Assembly (NCBI GenBank): GCA_964016885.1
Contig: OZ024742.1
Coordinates: forward strand, 307,582,001 to 307,646,000
Length of the DNA stretch: 64,000 bases
Reading direction: 5' to 3'
Source of the DNA: Eledone cirrhosa
Taxonomy: Eukaryota
Under the pieces are notes generated by a model. It was not told the origin of the DNA, made no database searches, and saw only the letters and a program-made list of their open reading frames with translations. A program made the position numbers and the translations under genes. Shown here piece after piece: positions 30,001 to 45,000 of this stretch. The first letter of the stretch is position 1. Each line of letters opens with the position of its first letter.

Positions 30001-33000
30001 GCATGAGATAGGGTCACTAGGATGTAGGGTAGATGTCATGTCAATATATTTCAAACAACATAGATGTTAGTTTACTACATGAGATAGGGTCACTGGGAGG
30101 TAGGGTAGATGTCATGTCAATATATTTCAAACAACATAGATGATAGTTTACTATATGAGATAGGGTCACTGGGAGGTAGGGTAGATGTCATGTCAATATA
30201 TTTCAAACAACATAGATGTTAGTTTACTGCATGGGATAGCGTCACTAGGAGGTAGGGTACATGTCATCTCTATATATTTCAAACAACATAGATGTTAGTT
30301 CACTACATGAGATAGGGTCACTGGGAGGTAGGGTAGATGTCATGTCAATATATTTCAAACAACATAGATGTTAGTTTACTACATGAGATAGGTCACTAGG
30401 AGGTAGGGTAGATGTCATGTCAATATCACTCAAACAACATAGATGTTAGTTTACTACATGAGATAGGGTCACTAGGAGGTAGGGTAGATGTCATGTCAAT
30501 ATCTCTTAAACAACATAGATGTTAGTTTACTACATGAGATAGGGTCACTAGGAGGTAGGGTAGATGTCATGTCAATATCTCTCAAGCAACATAGATGTTA
30601 GTTTACTACATGAGATAGGGTCACATGGAGGTAGGGTAGATGTCATGTCAATATATTTCAAACAACATAGATGTTAGTTTACTACATGAGATAGGGTCAC
30701 TAGGAGGTGGGTAGATGTCATGTCAATATATTTCAAACAACATAGATGTTAGTTTACTACATGAGATAGGGTCACTAGGAGGTAGGGTAGATGTCATGTC
30801 AATATATTTCAAACAACATAGATGTTAGTTTACTACATGAGATAGGGTCACTAGGAGGTAGGGTAGATGTCATGTCAATATCTCTCAAACAACATAGATG
30901 TTAGTTTACTACATGAGATAGGGTCACTAGGAGGTAGGGTAGATGTCATGTCAATATCTCTTAAACAACATAGATGTTAGTTTACTACATGAGATAGGGT
31001 CACTAGGAGGTAGGGTAGATATCATGTCAATATCTCTCAAACAACATAGATGTTAGTTTACTACATGAGATAGGGTCACTAGGAGGTAGGGTAGATGTCA
31101 TGTCAATATCTCTCAAGCAACATAGATGTTATTTTACTACATGAGATAGGGTCACTGGGAGGTAGGGTAGATGTCATGTCAATATCTCTCAAGCAACATA
31201 GATGTTAGTTTACTACATGAGAGAGGATCACTAGGAGGTAGGGTAGTTGTCATGTCAATATCTCTCAAGCAACATAGATGTTAGTTTACTACATGAGATA
31301 GGGTCACTAGGAGGTAGGGTAGATGTCATGTCAATATCTCTCAAGCAACATAGATGTTAGTTTACTACATGAGATAGGGTCACATGGAGGTAGGGTAGAT
31401 GCCATGTCAATATATTTCAAGCAACATAGATGTTAGTTTACTACATGAGATAGGGTCACTAGGAGCTAGGGTAGATGTCATGTCAATATATTTCAAACAA
31501 CATAGATGTTAGTTTACTGCATGAGATAGGGTCACTAGGATGTAGGGTAGATGTCATGTCAATATATTTCAAACAACATAGATGTTAGTTTACTACATGG
31601 GATAGGGTCACTGGGAGGTAGGGTAGATGTCATGTCAATATATTTCAAACAACATAGATGATAGTTTACTATATGAGATAGGGTCACTGGGAGGTAGGGT
31701 AGATGTCATGTCAATATCTCTCAAGCAACATAGATGTTAGTTTACTACATGAGATAGGGTCACTAGGAGGTAGGGTAGATGTCATGTCAATATATTTCAA
31801 GCAACATAGATGTTAGTTTACTACATGAGATAGGGTCACTAGGAGGTAGGGTAGATGTCATGTCAATATATTTCAAACAACATAGATGTTAGTTTACTAC
31901 ATGAGATAGGGTCACTAGGAGGTAGGGTAGAAGTCATGTCAATATATCTCAAGCAACATAGATGTTAGTTTACTACATGAGATAGGTCACTAGGAGGTAG
32001 GGTATATGTCATGTCAATATCACTCAAACAACATAGATGTTAGTTTACTACATGAGATAGGGTCACTAGGAGGTAGGGTAGATGTCATGTCAATATCTCT
32101 TAAACAACATAGATGTTAGTTTACTACATGAGATAGGGTCACTAGGAGGTAGGGTAGATATCATGTCAATATCTCTCAAACAACATAGATGTTAGTTTAC
32201 TACATGAGATAGGGTCACTAGGAGGTAGATGTCATGTCAATATCTCTCAAGCAACATAGATGTTATTTTACTACATGAGATAGGGTCACTGGGAGGTAGG
32301 GTAGATGTCATGTCAATATCTCTCAAGCAACATAGATGTTAGTTTACTACATGAGAGAGGGTCACTAGGAGGTAGGGTAGTTGTCATGTCAATATCTCTC
32401 AAGCAACATATATGTTAGTTTCCTACATGAGATAGGGTCACTAGGAGGTAGGGTAGATATCATGTCAATATCTCTCAAGCAACATAGATGTTAGTTTACT
32501 ACATGAGATAGGGTCACATGGAGGTAGGGTAGATGTCATGTCAATATATTTCAAGCAACATAGATGTTAGTTTACTACATGAGATAGGGTCACTAGGAGC
32601 TAGGGTAGATGTCATGTCAATATATTTCAAACAACATAGATGTTAGTTTACTGCATGAGATAGGGTCACTAGGATGTAGGGTAGATGTCATGTCAATATA
32701 TTTCAAACAACATAGATGTTAGTTTACTACATGAGATAGGGTCACTGGGAGGTAGGGTAGATGTCATGTCAATATATTTCAAACAACATAGATGATAGTT
32801 TACTATATGAGATAGGGTCACTGGGAGGTAGGGTAGATGTCATGTCAATATATTTCAAACAACATAGATGTTAGTTTACTGCATGGGATAGCGTCACTAG
32901 GAGGTAGGGTACATGTCATCTCTATATATTTCAAACAACATAGATGTTAGTTTACTACATGAGATAGGGTCACTGGGAGGTAGGGTAGATGTCATGTCAA

Positions 33001-36000
33001 TATATTTCAAACAACATAGATGTTAGTTTACTACATGAGATAGGTCACTAGGAGGTAGGGTAGATGTCATGTCAATATCACTCAAACAACATAGATGTTA
33101 GTTTACTACATGAGATAGGGTCACTAGGAGGTAGGGTAGATGTCATGTCAATATCTCTTAAACAACATAGATGTTAGATTACTACATGAGATAGGTTCAC
33201 TAGGAGGTAGGGTAGATGTCATGTCAATATCTCTCAAACAACATAGATGTTAGTTTACTACATGAGATAGGGTCACTAGGAGGTAGGGTAGATATCATGT
33301 CAATATCTCTCAAACAACATAGATGTTAGTTTACTACATGAGATAGGGTCACTATGAGGTAGGGTAGATGTCATGTCAATATCTCTCAAGCAACATAGAT
33401 GTTAGTTTACTACATGAGATAGGGTCACTGGGAGGTAGGGTAGATGTCATGTCAATATCTCTCAAGCAACATAGATGTTAGTTTACTACATGAGATAGGG
33501 TCACTAGGAGGTAGGGTAGATGTCATGTCAATATCTCTCAAGCAACATAGATGTTAGTTTACTACATGAGATAGGGTCACATGGAGGTAGGGTAGATGTC
33601 ATGTCAATATATTTCAAACAACATAGATGTTAGTTTACTACATGAGATAGGGTCACTAGGAGGTAGGGTAGATGTCATGTCAATATATTTCAAACAACAT
33701 AGATGTTAGTTTACTACATGAGATAGGGTCACTAGGAGGTAGGGTAGATGTCATGTCAATATATTTCAAACAACATAGATGTTAGTTTACTACATGAGAT
33801 AGGGTCACTAGGAGGTAGGGTAGATGTCATGTCAATATCTCTCAAACAACATAGATGTTAGTTTACTACATGAGATAGGGTCACTAGGAGGTAGGGTAGA
33901 TGTCATGTCAATATCTCTTAAACAACATAGATGTTAGTTTACTACATGAGATAGGGTCACTAGGAGGTAGGGTAGATATCATGTCAATATCTCTCAAACA
34001 ACATAGATGTTAGTTTACTACATGAGATAGGGTCACTAGGAGGTAGGGTAGATGTCATGTCAATATCTCTCAAGCAACATAGATGTTATTTTACTACATG
34101 AGATAGGGTCACTGGGAGGTAGGGTAGATGTCATGTCAATATCTCTCAAGCAACATAGATGTTAGTTTACTACATGAGAGAGGATCACTAGGAGGTAGGG
34201 TAGTTGTCATGTCAATATCTCTCAAGCAACATAGATGTTAGTTTACTACATGAGATAGGGTCACTAGGAGGTAGGGTAGATGTCATGTCAATATATTTCA
34301 AGAAACATAGATGTTAGTTTACTACATGAGATAGCGTCACTAGGAGGTAGGGTAGATGTCATGCCTATATATTTCAAACGACATAGATGTTAGTATACTA
34401 CATGAGATAGGGTCACTAGGAGGTAGGGTAGATGTCATTTCAATATATTTTAAGCGACATAGATGTTAGTTTACTACAGGAGATAGGGTCAGTATGAGGT
34501 AGGGTAGATGTCATGTCAATATATTTCAAACAACATAGATGATAGTTTACTACATGAGATAGGGTCACTAGGATGTAGGGAAGATGTCATGTCAATATAT
34601 TTCAAACAACATAGATGTTAGTTTACTACATGAGATAGGGTCACTAGCAGGTAGGGTAGATGTCATGTCAATATATTTCAAACAACATAGATGTTAGTTT
34701 ACTACATGAGATAGGTCACTAGGAGGTAGGGTAGATGTCATGTCAATATCACTCAAACAACATAGATGTTAGTTTACTACATGAGATAGGGTCACTAGGA
34801 GGTAGGGTAGATGTCATGTCAATATCTCTTAAACAACATAGATGTTAGATTACTACATGAGATAGGGTCACTAGGAGGTAGGGTAGATGTCATGTCAATA
34901 TCTCTCAAACAACATAGATGTTAGTTTACTACATGAGATAGGGTCACTAGGAGGTAGGGTAGATATCATGTCAATATCTCTCAAACAACATAGATGTTAG
35001 TTTACTACATGAGATAGGGTCACTAGGAGGTAGGGTAGATGTCATGTCAATATCTCTCAAGCAACATAGATGTTAGTTTACTACATGAGATAGGGTCACT
35101 GGGAGGTAGGGTAGATGTTATGTCAATATCTCTCAAGCAACATAGATGTTAGTTTACTACATGAGATAGGGTCACTAGGAGGTAGGGTAGATGTCATGTC
35201 AATATCTCTCAAGCAACATAGATGTTAGTTTACTACATGAGATAGGGTCACATGGAGGTAGGGTAGATGTCATGTCAATATATTTCAAACAACATAGATG
35301 TTAGTTTATTACATGAGATAGGTTCACTAGGAGGTAGGGTAGATGTCATGTCAATATCTCTCAAGCGACATCGATGTTAGTTTACTACATGAGATAGGGT
35401 CACTATGAGGTAGGGTAGATGTCATGTCAATATATTTCAAACAACATAGATGATAGTTTACTACATGAGATAGGGTCACTAGGAGGTAGGGTAGATGTCA
35501 TGTCTATATATTTCAAACAACATAGATGATAGTTTACTACATGAGATAGGGTCACTACGAGGTAGGGTAGATGTCATGTCAATATATTTCAAGCGACATA
35601 GATGTTAGTTTACTACATGAGATAGGGTCACTAGGAGGTAGGGTAGATGTCATGTCAATATCTCTCAAGCAACATAGATGTTAGTTTACTACATGAGATA
35701 GGGTCACTAGGAGGTAGGGTAGATGTCATGTCTATATATTTCAAACGACATAGATGTTAGTTTACTACATGAGATAGGGTCACTAGGAGGTAGGGTAGAT
35801 GTCATGTCAATATATTTCAAGCGACATAGATGTTAGTTTACTACGTGAGATAGGGTCAATATGAGGTAGGGTAGATGTCATGTCAATATATTTCAAACAA
35901 CATAGATGATAGTTTACTACATGAGATAGGGTCACTAGGAGGTAGGGTAGATGTCATGTCAATATATTTCAAACAACATAGATGTTAGTTTACTACATGA

Positions 36001-39000
36001 GATAGGGTCACTAGGAGGTAGGGTAGATGTCATGTCAATATATGTCAAACAACATAGATGTTAGTTTACTACATGAGATAGGGTCACTAGGAGCTAGGGA
36101 AGATGTCATGTCAATATATTTCAAACAACATAGATGTTAGTTTACTACATGAGATAGGGTCACTAGGAGGTAGGGTAGATGTCATGTCAATATATTTCAA
36201 ACAACATAGATGTTAGTTTACTACATGAGATAGGGTCACTAGGAGGTAGGGTAGATGTCATGTCAATATCTCTCAAGCAACATAGATGTTATTTTACTAC
36301 ATGAGATAGGGTCACTATGAGGTAGGGTAGATGTCATGTCAATATATTTCAAATAACATAGATGTTAGTTTACTACATGAGATAGGGTCACTAGGAGGTA
36401 GGGTAGATGTCATGTCAATATATTTCAAACAACATAGATGTTAGATTACTACATGAGATAGGGTCACTAGGAGGTAGGGTAGATGTCATGTCTATATATT
36501 TCAAGCGACATAGATGTTAGTTTACTACATGAGATAGGGTCACTAGGAGGTAGGGTAGATGTCATGTCAATATCTCTCAAGCAACATAGATGTTAGTTTA
36601 CTACATGAGATAGGGTCACATGGAGGTAGGGTAGATGTCATGTCAATATATTTCAAACAACATAGATGTTAGTTTATTACATGAGATAGGTTCACTAGGA
36701 GGTAGGGTAGATGTCATGTCAATATCTCTCAAGCGACATCGATGTTAGTTTACTACATGAGATAGGGTCACTATGAGGTAGGGTAGATGTCATGTCAATA
36801 TATTTCAAACAACATAGATGATAGTTTACTACATGAGATAGGGTCACTAGGAGGTAGGGTAGATGTCATGTCTATATATTTCAAACAACATAGATGATAG
36901 TTTACTACATGAGATAGGGTCACTACGAGGTAGGGTAGATGTCATGTCAATATATTTCAAGCGACATAGATGTTAGTTTACTACATGAGATAGGGTCACT
37001 AGGAGGTAGGGTAGATGTCATGTCAATATCTCTCAAGCAACATAGATGTTAGTTTACTACATGAGATAGGGTCACTAGGAGGTAGGGTAGATGTCATGTC
37101 TATATATTTCAAACGACATAGATGTTAGTTTACTACATGAGATAGGGTCACTAGGAGGTAGGGTAGATGTCATGTCAATATATTTCAAGCGACATAGATG
37201 TTAGTTTACTACGTGAGATAGGGTCAATATGAGGTAGGGTAGATGTCATGTCAATATATTTCAAACAACATAGATGATAGTTTACTACATGAGATAGGGT
37301 CACTAGGAGGTAGGGTAGATGTCATGTCAATATATTTCAAACAACATAGATGTTAGTTTACTACATGAGATAGGGTCACTAGGAGGTAGGGTAGATGTCA
37401 TGTCAATATATGTCAAACAACATAGATGTTAGTTTACTACATGAGATAGGGTCACTAGGAGCTAGGGAAGATGTCATGTCAATATATTTCAAACAACATA
37501 GATGTTAGTTTACTACATGAGATAGGGTCACTAGGAGGTAGGGTAGATGTCATGTCAATATATTTCAAACAACATAGATGTTAGTTTACTACATGAGATA
37601 GGGTCACTAGGAGGTAGGGTAGATGTCATGTCAATATCTCTCAAGCAACATAGATGTTATTTTACTACATGAGATAGGGTCACTATGAGGTAGGGTAGAT
37701 GTCATGTCAATATATTTCAAATAACATAGATGTTAGTTTACTACATGAGATAGGGTCACTAGGAGGTAGGGTAGATGTCATGTCAATATATTTCAAACAA
37801 CATAGATGTTAGATTACTACATGAGATAGGGTCACTAGGAGGTAGGGTAGATGTCATGTCTATATATTTCAAGCGACATAGATGTTAGTTTACTACATGA
37901 GATAGGGTCACTAGGAGGTAGGGTAGATGTCATGTCAATATATTTCAAACAACATAGATGTTAGTTTACTACATGAGATAGGGTCACTAGGAGGTAGGGT
38001 AGATGTCATGTCAATATATTTCAAACAACATAGATGTTAGTTTACTACATGAGATAGGGTCACTGGGAGGTAGGGTAGATGTCATGTCAATATATTTCAA
38101 ACAACATAGATGTTAGTTTACTACATGAGATAGGGTCACTAGGAGGTACGGTAGATGTCATGTCAATATATTTCAAACAACATAGATGTTAGTTTACTAC
38201 ATGAGATAGTGTCACTAGGAGGTAAGGTAGATGTCATGTCAATATCTCTCAAGCAACATAGATGTTAGTTTACTACATGAGATAGGGTCACTAGGAGGTA
38301 GGGTAGATGTCATGTCAATATATTTCAAATAACATAGATGTTAGTTTACTACATGAGATAGGGTCACTGGGAGGTAGGGTAGATGTCATGTCAATATCTC
38401 TCAAACAACATAGATGTTAGTTTACTACATGAGATAGGGTCACTAGGAGGTAGGGTAGATGTCATGTCAATATCTCTCAAACAACATAGATGTTAGTTTA
38501 CTACATGAGATAGGGTCACTAGGAGGTAGGGTAGATGTCATGTCAATATCTCTCAAACAACATAGATGTTAGTTTACTACATGAGATAGGGTCACTGGGA
38601 GGTAGGGTAGATGTCATGTCAATATATTTCAAGCAACATAGCTGTTAGTTTACTACATGAGATAGGGTCACTAGGAGGTAGGGTAGATGTCATGTCAATA
38701 TATTTCAAGCAACATCGATGTTAGTTTACTACATGAGATAGGGTCACTAGAAGGTAGGGTAGATGTCATGTCAATATATTTCAAGCAACATAGCTGTTAG
38801 TTTACTACATGAGAGAGGGTAACTAGGAGGTAGGGTAGATGTCATGTCAATATCTCTCAAACAATATAGATGTTAGTTTACTACATGAGATAGGGTCACT
38901 AGGAGGTAGGGTAGATGTCATGTCAATATATTTCAAGCAAAATAGCTGTTAGTTTACTACATGAGATAGGGTCACTAGGAGGTAGGGTAGATGTCATGTC

Positions 39001-42000
39001 AATATATTTCAAGCAAAATAGCCGTTAGTTTACTACATGAGAGAGGGTCACTAGGAGGTAGGGTAGATGTCATGTCAATATCTCTCATACAACATAGATG
39101 TTAGTTTACTACATGAGATAGGGTCACTAGGAGGTAGGGTAGATGTCATGTCAATATCTCTCAAACAACATAGATGTTAGTTTACTACATGAGATAGGGT
39201 CAGTGGGAGGTAGGGTAGATGTCATGTCAATATATTTCAAACAACATAGATGTAAGTTTACTACATGAGATAGGGTCACTAGGAGGTAGGGTAGATGTCA
39301 TGTCAATATCTCTCAAACAACATAGATGTTAGTTTACTACATGAGAGGGGTCACTGGGAGGTAGGGTAGATGTCATGTCAATATCTCTCAAGCAACATAG
39401 ATGTTAGTTTACTACATGAGATAGGGTTACTAGGAGGTAGGGTAGATGTCATGTCAATATATTTCTAGCAACATAGATGTTAGTTTACTACATGAGATAG
39501 GGTCACTAGGAGGTAGGGTAGATGTCATGTCAATATCTCTCAAACAACATAGATGTTAGTTTACTACATGAGATAGGGTCACTAGGAGGTAGGGTAGATA
39601 TCATGTCAATATCTCTCAAACAACATAGATGTTAGTTTACTACATGAGATAGGGTCACTAGGAGGTAGGGTAGATGTCATGTCAATATCTCTCAAGCAAC
39701 ATAGATGTTAGTTTACTACATGAGATAGGGTCACTGGGAGGTAGGGTAGATGTCATGTCAATATCTCTCAAGCAACATAGATGTTAGTTTACTACATGAG
39801 ATAGGGTCACTAGGAGGTAGGGTAGATGTCATGTCAATATCTCTCAAGCAACATAGATGTTAGTTTACTACATGAGATAGGGTCACATGGAGGTAGGGTA
39901 GATGTCATGTCAATATATTTCAAACAACATAGATGTTAGTTTACTACATGAGATAGGGTCACTAGGAGGTAGGGTAGATGTCATGTCAATATATTTCAAA
40001 CAACATAGATGTTAGTTTACTACATGAGATAGGGTCACTAGGAGGTAGGGTAGATGTCATATCAATATATTTCAAACAACATAGATGTTAGTTTACTACA
40101 TGAGATAGGGTCACTAGGAGGTAGGGTAGATGTCATGTCAATATCTCTCAAACAACATAGATGTTAGTTTACTACATGAAATAGGGTCACTAGGAGGTAG
40201 GGTAGATGTCATGTCAATATCTCTTAAACAACATAGATGTTAGTTTACTACATGAGATAGGGTCACTAGGAGGTAGGGTAGATATCATGTCAATATCTCT
40301 CAAACAACATAGATGTTAGTTTACTACATGAGATAGGGTCACTAGGAGGTAGGGTAGATGTCATGTCAATATCTCTCAAGCAACATAGATGTTATTTTAC
40401 TACATGAGATAGGGTCACTGGGAGGTAGGGTAGATGTCATGTCAATATCTCTCAAGCAACATAGATGTTAGTTTACTACATGAGAGAGGATCACTAGGAG
40501 GTAGGGTAGTTGTCATGTCAATATCTCTCAAGCAACATAGATGTTAGTTTACTACATGAGATAGGGTCACTAGGAGGTAGGGTAGATGTCATGTCAATAT
40601 CTCTCAAGCAACATAGATGTTAGTTTACTACATGAGATAGGGTCACATGGAGGTAGGGTAGATGTCATGTCAATATATTTTAAGCAACATAGATGTTAGT
40701 TTACTACATGAGATAGGGTCACTAGGAGCTAGGGTAGATGTCATGTCAATATATTTCAAACAACATAGATGTTAGTTTACTGCATGAGATAGGGTCACTA
40801 GGATGTAGGGTAGATGTCATGTCAATATATTTCAAACAACATAGATGTTAGTTTACTACATGAGATAGGGTCACTGGGAGGTAGGGTAGATGTCATGTCA
40901 ATATATTTCAAACAACATAGATGTTAGTTTACTACATGAGATAGGTCACTAGAAGGTAGGGTAGATGTCATGTCAATATCACTCAAACAACATAGATGTT
41001 AGTTTACTACATGAGATAGGGTCACTAGGAGGTAGGGTAGATGTCATGTCAATATCTCTCAAGCAACATAGATGTTAGTTTACTACATGAGATAGGGTCA
41101 CATGGAGGTAGGGTAGATGTCATGTCAATATATTTCAAACAACATAGATGTTAGTTTATTACATGAGATAGGTTCACTAGGAGGTAGGGTAGATGTCATG
41201 TCAATATCTCTCAAGCGACATCGATGTTAGTTTACTACATGAGATAGGGTCACTATGAGGTAGGGTAGATGTCATGTCAATATATTTCAAACAACATAGA
41301 TGATAGTTTACTACATGAGATAGGGTCACTAGGAGGTAGGGTAGATGTCATGTCTATATATTTCAAACAACATAGATGATAGTTTACTACATGAGATAGG
41401 GTCACTAGGAGGTAGGGTAGATGTCATGTCAATATATTTCAAGCGACATAGATGTTAGTTTACTACATGAGATAGGGTCACTAGGAGGTAGGGTAGATGT
41501 CATGTCAATATCTCTCAAGCAACATAGATGTTAGTTTACTACATGAGATAGGGTCACTAGGAGGTAGGGTAGATGTCATGTCTATATATTTCAAACGACA
41601 TAGATGTTAGTTTACTACATGAGATAGGGTCACTAGGAGGTAGGGTAGATGTCATGTCAATATATTTCAAGCGACATAGATGTTAGTTTACTACGTGAGA
41701 TAGGGTCAATATGAGGTAGGGTAGATGTCATGTCAATATATTTCAAACAACATAGATGATAGTTTACTACATGAGATAGGGTCACTAGGAGGTAGGGTAG
41801 ATGTCATGTCAATATATTTCAAACAACATAGATGTTAGTTTACTACATGAGATAGGGTCACTAGGAGGTAGGGTAGATGTCATGTCAATATATGTCAAAC
41901 AACATAGATGTTAGTTTACTACATGAGATAGGGTCACTAGGAGCTAGGGAAGATGTCATGTCAATATATTTCAAACAACATAGATGTTAGTTTACTACAT

Positions 42001-45000
42001 GAGATAGGGTCACTAGGAGGTAGGGTAGATGTCATGTCAATATATTTCAAACAACATAGATGTTAGTTTACTACATGAGATAGGGTCACTAGGAGGTAGG
42101 GTAGATGTCATGTCAATATCTCTCAAGCAACATAGATGTTATTTTACTACATGAGATAGGGTCACTATGAGGTAGGGTAGATGTCATGTCAATATATTTC
42201 AAATAACATAGATGTTAGTTTACTACATGAGATAGGGTCACTAGGAGGTAGGGTAGATGTCATGTCAATATATTTCAAACAACATAGATGTTAGATTACT
42301 ACATGAGATAGGGTCACTAGGAGGTAGGGTAGATGTCATGTCTATATATTTCAAGCGACATAGATGTTAGTTTACTACATGAGATAGGGTCACTAGGAGG
42401 TAGGGTAGATGTCATGTCAATATATTTCAAACAACATAGATGTTAGTTTACTACATGAGATAGGGTCACTAGGAGGTAGGGTAGATGTCATGTCAATATA
42501 TTTCAAACAACATAGATGTTAGTTTACTACATGAGATAGGGTCACTGGGAGGTAGGGTAGATGTCATGTCAATATATTGCAAACAACATAGATGTTAGTT
42601 TACTACATGAGATAGGGTCACTAGGAGGTACGGTAGATGTCATGTCAATATATTTCAAACAACATAGATGTTAGTTTACTACATGAGATAGTGTCACTAG
42701 GAGGTAAGGTAGATGTCATGTCAATATCTCTCAAGCAACATAGATGGTAGTTTACTACATGAGATAGGGTCACTAGGAGGTAGGGTAGATGTCATGTCAA
42801 TATATTTCAAATAACATAGATGTTAGTTTACTACATGAGATAGGGTCACTGGGAGGTAGGGTAGATGTCATGTCAATATCTCTCAAACAACATAGATGTT
42901 AGTTTACTACATGAGATAGGGTCACTAGGAGGTAGGGTAGATGTCATGTCAATATCTCTCAAACAACATAGATGTTAGTTTACTACATGAGATAGGGTCA
43001 CTAGGAGGTAGGGTAGATGTCATGTCAATATCTCTCAAACAACATAGATGTTAGTTTACTACATGAGATAGGGTCACTGGGAGGTAGGGTAGATGTCATG
43101 TCAATATATTTCAAGCAACATAGCTGTTAGTTTACTACATGAGATAGGGTCACTAGGAGGTAGGGTAGATGTCATGTCAATATATTTCAAGCAACATCGA
43201 TGTTAGTTTACTACATGAGATAGGGTCACTAGAAGGTAGGGTAGATGTCATGTCAATATATTTCAAGCAACATAGCTGTTAGTTTACTACATGAGAGAGG
43301 GTAACTAGGAGGTAGGGTAGATGTCATGTCAATATCTCTCAAACAATATAGATGTTAGTTTACTACATGAGATAGGGTCACTAGGAGGTAGGGTAGATGT
43401 CATGTCAATATATTTCAAGCAAAATAGCTGTTAGTTTACTACATGAGATAGGGTCACTAGGAGGTAGGGTAGATGTCATGTCAATATATTTCAAGCAAAA
43501 TAGCCGTTAGTTTACTACATGAGAGAGGTTCACTAGGAGGTAGGGTAGATGTCATGTCAATATCTCTCATACAACATAGATGTTAGTTTACTACATGAGA
43601 TAGGGTCACTAGGAGGTAGGGTAGATGTCATGTCAATATCTCTCAAACAACATAGATGTTAGTTTACTACATGAGATAGGGTCAGTGGGAGGTAGGGTAG
43701 ATGTCATGTCAATATATTTCAAACAACATAGATGTAAGTTTACTACATGAGATAGGGTCACTAGGAGGTAGGGTAGATGTCATGTCAATATCTCTCAAAC
43801 AACATAGATGTTAGTTTACTACATGAGAGGGGTCACTGGGAGGTAGGGTAGATGTCATGTCAATATCTCTCAAGCAACATAGATGTTAGTTTACTACATG
43901 AGATAGGGTTACTAGGAGGTAGGGTAGATGTCATGTCAATATATTTCTAGCAACATAGATGTTAGTTTACTACATGAGATAGGGTCACTAGGAGGTAGGG
44001 TAGATGTCATGTCAATATCTCTCAAACAACATAGATGTTAGTTTACTACATGAGATAGGGTCACTAGGAGGTAGGGTAGATATCATGTCAATATCTCTCA
44101 AACAACATAGATGTTAGTTTACTACATGAGATAGGGTCACTAGGAGGTAGGGTAGATGTCATGTCAATATCTCTCAAGCAACATAGATGTTAGTTTACTA
44201 CATGAGATAGGGTCACTGGGAGGTAGGGTAGATGTCATGTCAATATCTCTCAAGCAACATAGATGTTAGTTTACTACATGAGATAGGGTCACTAGGAGGT
44301 AGGGTAGATGTCATGTCAATATCTCTCAAGCAACATAGATGTTAGTTTACTACATGAGATAGGGTCACATGGAGGTAGGGTAGATGTCATGTCAATATAT
44401 TTCAAACAACATAGATGTTAGTTTACTACATGAGATAGGGTCACTAGGAGGTAGGGTAGATGTCATGTCAATATATTTCAAACAACATAGATGTTAGTTT
44501 ACTACATGAGATAGGGTCACTAGGAGGTAGGGTAGATGTCATGTCAATATATTTCAAACAACATAGATGTTAGTTTACTACATGAGATAGGGTCACTAGG
44601 AGGTAGGGTAGATGTCATGTCAATATCTCTCAAACAACATAGATGTTAGTTTACTACATGAAATAGGGTCACTAGGAGGTAGGGTAGATGTCATGTCAAT
44701 ATCTCTTAAACAACATAGATGTTAGTTTACTACATGAGATAGGGTCACTAGGAGGTAGGGTAGATATCATGTCAATATCTCTCAAACAACATAGATGTTA
44801 GTTTACTACATGAGATAGGGTCACTAGGAGGTAGGGTAGATGTCATGTCAATATCTCTCAAGCAACATAGATGTTATTTTACTACATGAGATAGGGTCAC
44901 TGGGAGGTAGGGTAGATGTCATGTCAATATCTCTCAAGCAACATAGATGTTAGTTTACTACATGAGAGAGGATCACTAGGAGGTAGGGTAGTTGTCATGT

